From: an uncultured Verrucomicrobiae bacterium | GTDB taxonomy: Bacteria; Verrucomicrobiota; Verrucomicrobiia; Chthoniobacterales; Chthoniobacteraceae | NCBI GenBank assembly: GCA_963769025.1 | Contig: CAVYKI010000003.1 | Span: forward strand, 1,248,001 to 1,312,000 | DNA: 64,000 bases | Reading direction: 5' to 3' | Shown: positions 43,813 to 54,666 of the stretch, in pieces | Layout of the letters: each line of letters starts with the position of its first letter | Position numbering within the stretch: the first letter of the stretch is position 1 | Position numbers and translations under genes: made by a program | The notes under the pieces: generated by a model | The model's input: the letters and a program-made list of their open reading frames with translations, nothing else | Databases searched by the model: none | What the model was told of the DNA's origin: nothing

Positions 43813-44685
43813 TCACTCCACGAACTCCAGCTCGCCCAGCTCCGGCACGAAGCCGAGCTGCTGGCCGCGGCCGAGGAATTCGCGGATCGCGGCGCGGCCG
43901 GTGTCGCCGTAGTCGAGCGTGTAGTCGTTCACGTACATGCCGATGAATTTGTCCGCGAGCGTCTCATCCATGTCGCGCGCGAGCGGCATGGCGTGGGCGA
44001 CGCCGGCGGCGCGGTGGTCGAGGCCGTAGCGGATGCTCTCGAAGAGGATGCGGTTGATCTCCGAGCGGTCGGCGGGCGCGATGTCCTTGCGGATGACGTT
44101 GCCGCCGAGCGGGAGCGGGTAGCCGGTCTCGGTCTTCCACCACGCGCCGAGGTCGAGCACGAGGTCGAAGCCGTCGCGCGCATACGTGAGCTGGCCCTCG
44201 TGGATGATGAGGCCGACGTCCGCATTTCCCTCCTCGATGAAGCTGAAGATTTTGTCGAACGGCACGACGACGTGCATGGGCTCGGTGTAGAGGAAGAGTT
44301 TCAGCGCGAGGAATGCGCTCGTCATTTTCCCCGGCACGGCGATGCGCTGGTGGCCGAGCCAGTCGCGGATCGCGCTGAAGTCGGTGAGGTCCGGCAGCGC
44401 CTTGCCGCGGCGGACGATGAGCATCGGGCCGTAGCCGTCGCCCATGCTCGCGCCGCAGGGGAGCAGCGCGTATTTGTCCGCGACGTGCGCGTAGGCGTGG
44501 ATGCTGATGGCGGAGATGTGCAGTTCGCCGCGCGTGGCGCGTTCGTTCAGCGTCTGGATGTCCTGGAGGATGTGCTCGAAGCGCCAGCGGCCCGTGGGGA
44601 TTTTTCCCTCGGCGAGCGCGAAGAACATGAAGGCGTCGTCCGGGTCGGGCGAGTGGCCGAGGGTGAGTGTGGTTGGTTCGGACAT
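43813..44685 (-). CDS. mqnD: 1,4-dihydroxy-6-naphthoate synthase (MqnA/MqnD family)
   Basis: LGHSPDPDDAFMF, GASMGDGYGP, GLIIHEGQLTY, PLPLGG, FIGMYVN. Confidence 0.88.
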   Translation of the reverse strand: MSEPTTLTLGHSPDPDDAFMFFALAEGKIPTGRWRFEHILQDIQTLNERATRGELHISAISIHAYAHVADKYALLPCGASMGDGYGPMLIVRRGKALPDLTDFSAIRDWLGHQRIAVPGKMTSAFLALKLFLYTEPMHVVVPFDKIFSFIEEGNADVGLIIHEGQLTYARDGFDLVLDLGAWWKTETGYPLPLGGNVIRKDIAPADRSEINRILFESIRYGLDHRAAGVAHAMPLARDMDETLADKFIGMYVNDYTLDYGDTGRAAIREFLGRGQQLGFVPELGELEFVE

Positions 44686-44695
44686 GGTTGAAAGT

Positions 44696-45061
44696 TTACG
44701 AAAGTGCGCGACCCGCGGTTGCGCCGAGCCACACGCCGAGCAGGCAGAGGCCCATCGAGAGCGCGACATTCAGCACGGCGAGGCCGGTGTTGCCAGCGTG
44801 GAAGAGTTCGAGCGTTTGCAGGCTGAATGTCGAGAACGTCGTGTAGCCGCCCAGGACTCCGACCATGAGAAAGTAGCGGTCGAATTCGCCGGGACCGTTT
44901 TCGCGCAGATTGCCGAGCAGGCCGATGAGGAAGCAGCCGGTGACATTCACAAACAGCGTGCCCCAGAACGGCGCGCCGGCCTTGTGCCCGATGACGCTGC
45001 CGAGCCAGAACCGCAGCACGCTGCCGAGCGCGCCGCCGAGTGCGACCATGAGGTAGGTCAT
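44696..45061 (-). CDS. crcB: Fluoride efflux channel Fluc
   Basis: GGALGSVLR, GTLFVN, GVLGGYTTFSTF. Confidence 0.93.
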   Translation of the reverse strand: MTYLMVALGGALGSVLRFWLGSVIGHKAGAPFWGTLFVNVTGCFLIGLLGNLRENGPGEFDRYFLMVGVLGGYTTFSTFSLQTLELFHAGNTGLAVLNVALSMGLCLLGVWLGATAGRALS

Positions 45062-45953
45062 TTCGCCATCAGCCCGCGAGCCTTGAGCCACAGCTCAGCG
45101 CGGCCGGGCCAGTCGCCGGGGGCTTGCGTGGCATTCGGGCGCATGCCGAAGCCGTGGCCGCCGGTGGAGTAGATGTGCAGTTCGGCGGAGACCTTCGCCT
45201 TTCGCAGCGCGAGGAATGCGAGCGTGCTGCCCTCGGCGAGCGAGCCGGGATCGTCGTAGGCCTGCGCGAGGAAGGTCGGCGGCGTCTTGGCGGTGATGTG
45301 GATTTCGGGCTTCAGCTCGGTGAGCGAGCCGTCGGCGAGGATGTGCCACGCGTAGCAGAGCATGAGGAAATCGGGACGGCAGCTCACCTTGTCCGTGGCG
45401 TCGGCGGCGGGGTAGAGGCGCGACTCGTCGTTCGTCGCGGCGATGAGCGCGACCTGGCCGCCGCGCTGAAGCCGAAGAGCCCGATGCGATCCGGCTGCAC
45501 GCCGAGGTCGGCGGCCTTCGCGCGCACGAGGCTGATGGCGCGCTGCGTGTCCCATGCGGGAAATTCCCACGACTTCGCGAGCTTGTTCGTCGGGCAGCGG
45601 TGCTGGAGCACGGCGGCGGCGAAGCCGCGTTCGCGGAACCACAGCGCGAGGTCGGAGCCTTCGTGCTCGGAGGCGAGGACGCCGAAGCCACCGCCGGGGA
45701 CGATCACGACGGCAGCGCCGTTCCTTTTCTCCGCGGTGGGAAGGTAGAACTCCAGGCGCGGCTCGGAAACGTTCGTGAGCCGCGAGATGGGCGTCTTGTC
45801 CGTCGGCTTCGGGCCGGTGAGGATCTCGGGGCCGGGTGCGGTGAAGTCGCCGGGCGGATTGCCGTCCCACAGCTTCAGCACGCGGTCGGGCTTCGGGATT
45901 TCGGCACGGACGAACGTGGTGAGCAGTGCGAGGAGGGCGAGCGCGGTTTTCAT
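45058..45953 (-). CDS. Secreted alpha/beta hydrolase (esterase; frameshift near 45460)
   Basis: PGGGF, GFSA(GG), PPTFL, HGFG. Confidence 0.85.
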
Positions 45954-46024
45954 GCGGCGCGAATGGAGCGCACATTCGCGCGGAGGCGGCAATGCTTTCG
46001 TGGTCTTGCGAATCGAAAACAGAG

Positions 46025-46114
46025 GTCATCCTGAGCGCAGCGAAGGATCCCGTGAACTGCAAGTTGGACGTCCGGCCCGGATTCGACGGGGTTCTTCGCT
46101 GCGCTCAGAATGAC
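46025..46114. repeat. Miniature palindromic element (GTCATCCTGAGC family)
   Basis: GTCATCCTGAGCGCAGCGAAGGA ... TTCTTCGCTGCGCTCAGAATGAC, ~23-bp near-perfect inverted repeat. Confidence 0.85.
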
Positions 46115-46201
46115 CGTGATTCTGAAAGCATTCCATTCATCTCCCCCGCAACGAGCGCGCGCAGGCTTGGCAAAGTTGCGCGCGTGCTTTCCGATGCGCG
46201 C

Positions 46202-47242
46202 ATGAGCAGCACCCACCTCCGCCATTTCGCGAGCGACAACTACGCCGGCTGCACGCCCGAGGCTTGGGCGGCGATGGACGAGGCGCGGCACGGCCACGCG
46301 CCGGGCTACGGCGACGACGAGTGGACGGCCCGCGCGGCGAATCTCATCCGCGAATTGTTCGAGACGGACTGCAGCGTGTTCTTCGTCTTCAACGGCACGG
46401 CGGCGAATTCGCTGGCGCTCGCGAGCTGCTGCCAGAGCTACCACAGCATCCTCTGCCACGAGCTCGCGCACGTGGAGACGGACGAGTGCGGCGCGCCGGA
46501 GTTTTTCAGCAACGGGACGAAGGTGCTGCTGCTGCCGGGGGAGAACGGCAAGATCGATCCCGTCGGCATCGAGCGCACGGTGAAGAAGCGCACGGATCTC
46601 CATTTTCCAAAGCCGCACGCGGTCTCGATCACGCAGAGCACGGAGGTCGGCACGGCTTACTCGGCGGCTGAAATCAAAGCGATTTGGGCGAAGACGAAGG
46701 CGCACGGGCTGAAGCTGCACATGGACGGCGCGCGCTTCGCGAACGCCGTCGCGAGCCTCGGCTGCTCGCCGAAGGAAATCACGTGGCAGGCGGGCGTGGA
46801 TGTCCTGTGCTTCGGCGGCACGAAGCAGGGCATGGCGATGGGCGAGGCGGTCGTGTTTTTCAACCGCGAGATGGCGCACGAGTTCGAATACCGCTGCAAG
46901 CAGGCCGGACAGCTCGCGAGCAAGATGCGTTTTCTGAGCGCGCCGTGGGTCGGGATGCTGAAGGATGGCGCGTGGCTGAAGCACGCCGCCCACGCGAACG
47001 CGATGGCCGCGCGGCTCGAGACGGCGCTGCACGGCATCCCCGGAACACGTCAACTTTTCCCGAGGCAGGCAAATGGCGTCTTTGTCGAACTCCCGCTGCC
47101 TGCGATCGAAAAGCTGCACGCGCGCGGCTGGCGATTCTACACATTCATCGGCGCGGGCGGCTGCCGCTTCATGTGCTCGTGGGACACGCAGCCGGAGGAT
47201 GTGGACGCGCTCGCGGCGGACGTGCGCGCGGCCCTTGCGTGA
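46202..47242 (+). CDS. ltaE: Low-specificity L-threonine aldolase
   Basis: FASDN, FNGTAAN, HMDGARFANA, FGGTK (PLP lysine), QLASKMRF. Confidence 0.93.
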   Translation: MSSTHLRHFASDNYAGCTPEAWAAMDEARHGHAPGYGDDEWTARAANLIRELFETDCSVFFVFNGTAANSLALASCCQSYHSILCHELAHVETDECGAPEFFSNGTKVLLLPGENGKIDPVGIERTVKKRTDLHFPKPHAVSITQSTEVGTAYSAAEIKAIWAKTKAHGLKLHMDGARFANAVASLGCSPKEITWQAGVDVLCFGGTKQGMAMGEAVVFFNREMAHEFEYRCKQAGQLASKMRFLSAPWVGMLKDGAWLKHAAHANAMAARLETALHGIPGTRQLFPRQANGVFVELPLPAIEKLHARGWRFYTFIGAGGCRFMCSWDTQPEDVDALAADVRAALA

Positions 47243-47246
47243 GTTT

Positions 47247-47275
47247 TTGACAAGGCTGCATAAAGACCCTATAAG
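47247..47275 (+). promoter_or_regulatory. Sigma70-type promoter, probably leaderless
   Basis: TTGACA-17 bp-TATAAG; ATG at 47282, 6 nt after the -10 hexamer. Confidence 0.7.
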
Positions 47276-47281
47276 GCCCGT

Positions 47282-47590
47282 ATGAAAACCCTCACAATCA
47301 CCGAGGCGAAGAAAAACCTCGGCGCATGGCTGAAGGCTGCCGGGCGCGGCGAGGAGGTGGCCATCCTCTCCGGCGCGGATATCATCGCGCTGCGCAAGGT
47401 GGAGATTACGGCCGTGGACCACAGCTTCGCCGCTGCCGAATACGGCGCGACTCCGGAGGAGCTCGAGCGATTCGAGCGCGCCGTGGATCAGCATTTTGCC
47501 ACCAGCAAGAAGGCCGGGCGGTTGATGACGCTGGAACAGACAGCCAAGGCCCTTGAAAAAGCCCCTGCTGATCGACGCCGCCGTCTTTGA
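47282..47590 (+). CDS. Putative Phd/YefM-like antitoxin
   Basis: MKTLTITEAKKNLGAWLKAAGRGEEVAI matches the Phd N-terminal pattern. Confidence 0.7.
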   Translation: MKTLTITEAKKNLGAWLKAAGRGEEVAILSGADIIALRKVEITAVDHSFAAAEYGATPEELERFERAVDQHFATSKKAGRLMTLEQTAKALEKAPADRRRRL

Positions 47591-47844
47591 GCGGCTGGAA
47601 TCGCTCGTGCGTGCCGAGCGGGCGGAGTGCCTCCTCGCGCTGCATGAACTGCGAAAGACATTCGGCCAGCCGCATGTCCACGCAGGCATCGGCATCCGCA
47701 AACTGCGCGCGCGGACCTTTGAGTGCCGGGCGAATCTCGCGCTGCGTTTCCTTTTCCAAAACCGCACGGACTGCCTCTACGTCTTCGCGCTCGCCGATCA
47801 TGATGAAGTGCGCCGCCTCCTGCAAGACAGGGCAACTGGACTGA
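47553..47844 (+). CDS. Putative RelE/ParE-like toxin (frameshift at the C-terminus)
   Basis: GIGIRKL..FECRANLALRFLF...DHDEVRRLL; removing one base near 47823 gives KTGQLD then stop. Confidence 0.6.
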
Positions 47845-47897
47845 GTGCTGCGGACTCTGAATTCGACTTCCCTTTGTGCATCGTGGAGACTCCGCCC

Positions 47898-48945
47898 ATG
47901 CGCACGCTGCTGTTCCTCCTCGCCCTCGCGCTCGCTGCGCGTGCGCAGATGCACCCTTCGCTGCCGGAGCCGGGGACGCTCGACGGGCTCGGGGTGAACA
48001 TTCACTTCACCGAGCCGCTGCCGGGCGAACTGGAGATGATCCGCGCGGCGGGGTTCCGCTGGGTGCGCATGGATTTCACGTGGGCGGCGACGGAGCCGGA
48101 GCCGGGGCGCTACGACTTTGCGAAATACGACTCGCTCCTCGCTGCGCTCGAAAAGGCCGGGCTGCGCGCGTATTTCATCCTCGACTACGGGCATCCGAAA
48201 TATCGCGGACGCGGGCGACAAGCAACCCTTCACGAGTCGCGCGGGCACGCAGGAGTTTCGCGATGCGTTTGCGAAATGGGCCGTCGCCGCCGTCGGGCAT
48301 TTCAAGGGGCGCGGCATCGTGTGGGAGCTTTGGAACGAGCCGAACATCGCGGGCTTCTGGAAGCCGAAGCCGGACGTGCAGCAATACATCGCCCTCGCGA
48401 AGACCGTCGCCGCCGCGCTGGAAAAGGCGGGCCTCCGCACGAAGGTCGCGCACCTTCCCGCCCGGCACGAAGCGCGAGGCCGCGGGCGAATGCCTCGTGG
48501 GCCCCGCGACGAGCGTCATTGACCTGCCGTTCCTCGACGCCTGCTTCGCCGCCGGGCTGCTCGAGGTGTTCGACGCCATCAGCGTCCACCCCTACCGGCA
48601 GGGCGCGCCCGAGAGCGTCGCCGAGGAATACCGCGCGCTGCGCCTGCTCATCCGCCGCCATTGCGCCGCCGACGCGCTGCCGCTCGGCACCTTCGACCCG
48701 TCGCGCCCGAACCCCGCGCGCCGCATCCCGATCCTGAGCGGCGAATGGGGCTGGTCGGCCGCGTGGCCGTCCCTCGGAAAGGACGAGGCCGCGCGCGAGG
48801 CCACGCAGGCGAAATACCTCCCGCGCATGTTCCTCACGAACGTGGCCAACGACATCCCGCTGAGCATCTGGTATGACTGGCGCGACGACGGCGACGACCC
48901 GAAGGAAGCCGAGCACCGCTTCGGCATCGTCCGCCGCAAACCGGA
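47898..48945 (+). CDS. Secreted clan GH-A glycoside hydrolase, N-terminal part (frameshifts near 48205 and 48460)
   Basis: Signal peptide; GVNIHF, WELWNEPN (acid/base), SVHPY, SGEWG (nucleophile). Confidence 0.85.
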
Positions 48946-50100
48946 CCGGCGCACAGCGAAAGCACGTTTCGACTTCACGTCAATGGTTTTCGCCGCTCGC
49001 TACGGCGATGAAATCATGTCCGAGATTGCGGGATGCATTTGACGCAATGCGGCTATCGACCGCGTTTTGACATCCGGCGAATACTCCTTCGCACGCTGCA
49101 GCGCTCTCAGTCAACGCGGTGCTCCACCTGAACACGCGACGGCTGTATTCAGGTCCGCAAAAACTTTGAGGTCATCGGCTTTCAGTCGCTGACGATGCCT
49201 CGAGAGATCAGGTGAGCATCGAGATGCATCCGCGCGAATGATGGTTTCTCAGCCGCTTATGGCTGTGCTTGCGTCAGCAAGTCGGTTCCGCTGCGTTTCA
49301 CGGTCCTCGCTTGAGAGACGCTGCTCAAGAACGTCGGCTGTGCAACCGCCGACGCTTTCGGCGTCAGATTCGACCGAACAAGTCACGCCTCGATCTTCAG
49401 TACTCGAACCATCGGCAGCCCGACGCGATTGCTATGCCCGCCGCGGGAGAAGTTCCACCAGCGCAACGAGCGACCCTAGAGCGATGCACTACGCCAAAGT
49501 GATGCGCATTTCCGCATCCGATCCAGCCGGATCGTGGAGTGAACGGCTCGACTCGACGAAACTCATTTGCTTTTCACGAAAGCAGGGCTGTCGGACCTTT
49601 CGATGTTTTCATCTAACGGCGCAGTCTCGAGCGATCGTGAAGAAACGTGACCATCGCGCCAATCGCGGGACCGCGCGTGACACCGTTTGGTCGCACTTGT
49701 GCTCCGCGCCATAAACGCCGGCCGAAGCGCAGATGGCGCGATGTCATGCGACACTACCAACAGCGTCGGTGTAGTTCGTGCGGAACGGACGCATTTCCAG
49801 TTTACGATCGCTCGAACTCGTGTTGGCTGCACGCTTTCGAGCAAACTGTTTGCAACGCACAACGCGAACACACGTACGGTGATCGCCGACCAACGCAATG
49901 GTGACGATTCATGCTGGACAGGCTGAACGAGCCAGCTCTGTTCGGAGACAGGAGTGGGCGCCGCGCGCAAGTGCGTCAGCCCATGCCATTGCTCGTGACC
50001 TCGGCGAGGACGCGACTGTCGTTCACAGGCACCAATAAACCTTTATTCTTCAGCCAGCGTTGGGATGCCGCCGGGTTGGCCGAAAATCGCATAACTGCGG
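48946..50100. other. Garbled, lower-GC segment interrupting the glycoside hydrolase
   Basis: No coherent ORF and no codon bias; flanked by two parts of what looks like one gene. Confidence 0.6.
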
Positions 50101-50584
50101 ACATCGCATGCCGGCAGCGCCGGCGAATTCGGCTGCGGGGACGCCGAGCGTGGGGCTGCGCTACCGGTTCGGCGCGGGGTGGAAATTTGTCCGCATCGAG
50201 CCGAAGGACGCGGCGGCGCGGAAGATCGAGGGCGAGCCGGGGGCGTTCGGCATCTGGGTGCATGGGGACGGGCAGGGCGGCACGCCGTGCATCCGCCTGC
50301 GCGATGCGACGGGGCAGGTGCACCAGGTGCGCGGCGAGCCGGTGTCGTGGAAGGGCTGGCGCTACGTCACGTTCCCGCTGCGGCCCGCGGCGGACAGCGG
50401 GCAGACGATGATCCCGCTGCCGGATGCCGGCGCGGAGCAGCGCGTGTCGTGGGGCCACTGGGGCGGGGCGAATGACGGCGAGGTGCATCTGCCCATCGAG
50501 TGGGATTCGCTCTTCCTGCTCGATGGCAACCGGCGCGCAATGGAGGGCGAGATTTTCCTCTCCGCGCCGACGCTGGTGTATTGA
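50101..50584 (+). CDS. Probable C-terminal carbohydrate-binding-like domain of the glycoside hydrolase
   Basis: LRYRFGAGWKF, GIWVHGDG, VSWKGWRYVTFPL; no start of its own. Confidence 0.65.
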
Positions 50585-50715
50585 GGGCGGGGGTTCACTG
50601 CGAAGGGCACAATCGGGACGAAGCGGTGACTGGTTATGGGCTGATAAGAGCGTGCCCAAAAGTGCGAATGGCGAAAACGGCTGGCGTTCACGCCGCCGCG
50701 TGGCAGGCTTCGGGC

Positions 50716-50946
50716 ATGACCAAGGAAGCACTCAGCCAGGCCATTCACCGGGTTCCTTTTCAACCCTTCGTTCTGCGCCTTGCCGATGGACGGGCGGTCC
50801 GCGTGCCTCATCACGATTTCATCTCAATGCACCCGACCGGCCGCACCGTAATCGTGTATGGGCGGGATGAGGACTTGGAAATCCTCGACGTGATGCTGGT
50901 CACGGGCTTGCAACTGGCCGGCAAGGCATCCAAGCGGCGGCCGTAA
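50716..50946 (+). CDS. Small hypothetical protein (76 aa)
   Basis: PFQPFVLRLADGRAVRVPHHDF, a pattern I recall from small PVC proteins. Confidence 0.7.
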   Translation: MTKEALSQAIHRVPFQPFVLRLADGRAVRVPHHDFISMHPTGRTVIVYGRDEDLEILDVMLVTGLQLAGKASKRRP

Positions 50947-51099
50947 TCGCGGGTTCCAGCGCCGGTGGAAGGCCGGGCCACACCAGCAAGAGCGCCTCGC
51001 CACGAAGGGCCGGAGGGCGGGTTCAAGTGAATCACGCCGCGGCGATACATTACTTTCCCGTTTCACATTCCGTGCGCCTGTGTTTAGAACGCACGGACT

Positions 51100-51832
51100 A
51101 TGGGACGACAATGGCTCCAAGCAAAACGTGAAGTCGCGAATCTTCGCAAGGGCGCGGTCGTGGGCAAGCTGACCAAGGAAATCGCCGTGGCCGCGAAGCT
51201 CGGCGGCGCGGACCCGGACTCGAATGCGCGGCTTTTTGCGGCGGTGGAAAAGGCGCGGAGGAATTCGGTGACGCGCGATGCGATCGAGCGGGCGATCAAG
51301 AAGGGCGCGGGGATCGGCGGCGAGAAGATGGTGATGGAACACATCGTTTTCGAGGGCTACGCGCCGCACAAGGTGGCGCTGATCGTGGAGGTGCTCACGG
51401 ACAACAACAACCGCACGGCGCCGGAGATCCGGAATCTTTTCAAACGCGGGCAGCTCGGTGCGCCGGGGAGCAACAAGTTTCTGTTCGAGCACGTGGGGCT
51501 CGTGGAGGCGCACACGGACAAGCTGGATGCGGACGCCGAGGAGGCGGCGATCGAGGCCGGAGCGAACGAGGTGGAGCCGCTTTCGCACGAGCAGAACGAC
51601 GACATTCCCGGCGGACAAGAAGGGCGCGCGGTTCATCACGGACCTGAAGGCGACGGCGGCGGTGTCGAAGTGGCTCTCGCAAAACGGGTGGACGGTGGTC
51701 ACGAGCGAGCTGGGCTATGTGCCGAAGAATTGCCCGGAGCTGAGCGACGAGGATCGCGCGGACGTGGGTGAGTTTTTGCAGGAACTCGATGACCACGACG
51801 ATGTGCATCGCGTGTGGGCTGCGATGAAGTGA
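51100..51832 (+). CDS. yebC: YebC/PmpR family protein (frameshift near 51607)
   Basis: GADPDSNARL, FEGYAP, LTDNNNRT, LDDHDDVHRVW. Confidence 0.92.
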
Positions 51833-51854
51833 CGGCGGGCGCGGGCGGGATTTT

Positions 51855-51997
51855 TTGAAACGCGGAGACGCAGAGCCGCGGAGAAGGAAAGGACTGGGCT
51901 GCTGTGCGGCGATTGGTTGCTTGCGATCTTTTGCGGGCCAATGGGGTTTCAGCCCCTATTGCATTTTCCTCCGCGTCTCGGTGTCTCGGCGTTTCAA
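51855..51997. repeat. Miniature inverted-repeat element with 8-bp periodic arms
   Basis: TTGAAACGCGGAGACGCAGAGCCGCGGAG ... CTCCGCGTCTCGGTGTCTCGGCGTTTCAA, 25/29 complementary. Confidence 0.8.
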
Positions 51998-52026
51998 CCG
52001 GAATCGCATTCGGCCGTGATTTTCGC

Positions 52027-53323
52027 TCACTCCTCGCGCAGCGCTTTCACGGGGTCGAGCTTGGCGGCGAAGCGGGCGGGGATGTAGGCGGCGAGGACGC
52101 AGATGACCATGGCGGAGGTGCAGATGACCACGACGTCCTTTGCCGTGATGGCGGAGGGGATGCCGCTGAGCTGGTAGACGGCGGCGGGGAACACGTCTTT
52201 GTGCATCACGCTGATGATGAGCTGGCGCGCTTCGTTGCGCCACGTGAGGATGGCCCACGCCATGAGCAGGCCGAACGCATTTCCAAAAATGCCGACGACG
52301 AAACCTTGGCCGACGAAGATGTTCACGATCTGCGAGGGCGAGGCGCCGAGGGCCTTGATGACGCCGATCTCGCGCTTTTTCTGGACGATGACGGTGATGA
52401 GCGTGTTCGAGATGGAGAACGCGGCGACGACGACGATCATCATGAGGATGAAGGTCATCATCACGCGTTCCTGCACGACGGCGTCGAGGCGCGTGCGGTC
52501 GGCGTCCATCCAGGAGGAGACGGCAAATTCGGGGCCGAGCTTTCCCTGGAGCGCGGCGCGGTGGCGCTCGGCCCAATCGGCGTCCTGCGTGCGGATGGAG
52601 ATGCCGTGGACGGCGCTTTCAAAATCGTAGATCTCCTGTGCGACGGAGAGCGCGGTGACGACCATGCCGGAGTCGAACTGATAAACGCCGCTCTCGAAAA
52701 GCCCGACAACCTCGAGCTCGACGGGGCGGACGAGGGCCTTGATGTCGCCGAGCGTTTTTGCGTTCGGGTCCTTTTCTTCGAGGCGCTTGAGTTCCTCGGC
52801 GACCTTGGTGAGGTTGCCGGGACCGTGGAGCATGACTTTGCCCCCGACCGCGACGCCGAGCGAACGGGCGAGTTCGCGGCCCATGATGCACTTTTCGCTG
52901 TCCAGTTCGTAGCGCCCTCCGGGCTGGATGAAGGCGCGCATGTCCACGAGCTTGAGTTCGCCATTCGGCTGGATGCCGCGGAGGGACGCGCCGACGAAGC
53001 TGTTGTCGAACTCGAGGAGGATCGGCCCCATGATATAAGGCGAGACGCCGAGGAAATTCGGGATTCTCCTTTTCCAGCCGCTCCTGCAGCGCCTCCCAGT
53101 CGTCGATCGGCCCGATGGCGCTGCTCACGCGCAGATGCGGCTCAAAGCCGATGAGCCGCTGGCGCAATTCGCGGTCGAACCCGGACATCACCGCGATGAC
53201 GACGATGAGGCACATGATGCCGAGCGCCACGCCGAGCACCGAGAGCACGGTGATGACGGAGACGAAGGTGCGCTTCGGCTTCAGGTAGCGCACTGCGAGG
53301 AAAAGGCTGAAAGGCAGCTTCAC
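52027..53323 (-). CDS. Lipoprotein-releasing ABC permease, LolC/E-like (frameshift near 53045)
   Basis: SVLGVALG..VMSGF, KKREIGVIKALGA, PARFAAKLDPVKALR. Confidence 0.9.
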
Positions 53324-53446
53324 TTTGGAAAGAGCGGGCGCGGACGGTGGGGGAACCGGCGCATGACGTCAATCGCAGTCAACCGCGGAAAAATTCACGA
53401 AAATTGGGTTTGACATGCCGTTGCGCTCCGATTTTCTTTCCGATAC

Positions 53447-54091
53447 ATGAAGAAGATCCTTTCCCTCCTGATGTGTTTCGTGTTCCTCCAAGCGGAAACG
53501 TTCGCCCTGCGCGGCGGGCCTGGCGGCGCCGGCGCGCAAGTTTGCGGTGCATATTCCGGGGTGCATGATTGAGACTTCAGGGGGTATCGGACATCGGATT
53601 GTTCCTGCTCAAGCGATGAAAATGGAGCATCGCATGGCCAGGTCGATTTTCTTCGTGCCATCACCACCGGCACTGCGATCCACGGTGCATTCAGTATGAC
53701 TCTGACACGTATTTGGGAAACATTACAGGCATCGTGACACCTCCGCGGCGGAGCGAAAGTTTTATCGGGTATTCAGTCTGGAAGCGCCACTACCGGTCAC
53801 GCATCGGCACGTTCCGTATCGGGCCAACTCAATGTTACAGCGATGCAGGCAGCATGAACTCGCGACTTCCCCAGGACCGTCACGGGCACGGCTATCTTCG
53901 AGGACGGTGTCGGTGGCACTCGGACCGCCAAGTTTGCACCGATGCGAGGTGCCTTCGGTGACTCATTCCGAATGGCTGGCATGACATCCTCCTGAGTGAC
54001 CGTTGGCGGGGCTTTGGGCAGCTCACTGTCAAAGGCGTAGGCAGTCCTTGTTTCTCTGCCTCCGTCGCCCGGGCGGCAAGGGTTCCACTGA
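53447..54091 (+). CDS. Secreted hypothetical protein, sequence garbled after about 53560
   Basis: Clean start MKKILSLLMCFVFLQAETFALRGGP with TTGACA at 53410; end uncertain. Confidence 0.4.
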
Positions 54092-54124
54092 GGGTCGAGA
54101 AGCACCTTAGATCGGTCACTGCCT

Positions 54125-54666
54125 ATGGCGGTCTTACGCGAGCGGCGAGAGGGATGACGCTCTTGGAGATTGCAGTGGTGGTGGTCGATCATCGCGCATC
54201 CTCGCGTCCATGCTGCTTCCGCTCTTGAGGAGTTTCATGCGAGCACGTCGCAGATGAGGCAAAGTGCCTCGCGAATCTGCGAACCCTCTACGTCGGAGCC
54301 AGCGGGCTATCTTCAGGCAAACGGCTCGTGGCCCCAAATCCCGAACGAGCTCATCGTCTCTGAGCCAAAGACGTATGCCCGATCCTGGGTCACGGCGCTG
54401 CTGCCGTATGGGCGTGCCCACATGCCACGTGGATTTGTCCCACCTTGCAGCGCTCGTTCGGTCTTCCAGCTCGGAGCATTGAGAAGGATGAAAACTACCG
54501 GATCGACTACATCGGCGTCTCCTTCGACGACAAGCCGTCCAGCCCCTATCCGGAAAACCGTATCCGTGGTTTATCGAGAAGGCGGGCTTCCACGGCCGCG
54601 GCAATCTGCTTATCCTTTCCAACGGCACGACGACGTCCCTGTTGGATTTGACCGGCAGGACGCTGA
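54125..54666 (+). CDS. Prepilin-type (N-methylation motif) protein, multiply frameshifted
   Basis: RG-MTLLEIAVVV at 54148-54186; fragments WPQIP, YRIDYIG, WFIEKAGFHGRGNL in shifting frames. Confidence 0.6.

Noticed and set aside
47553..48737. Apparent toxin-glycoside hydrolase fusion
   Set aside because: One extra base near 47823 explains it; the hydrolase has its own ATG and signal peptide at 47898
48946..50100. IS element, intron or diversity-generating retroelement target
   Set aside because: No transposase, reverse transcriptase, terminal repeats or template-repeat partner visible
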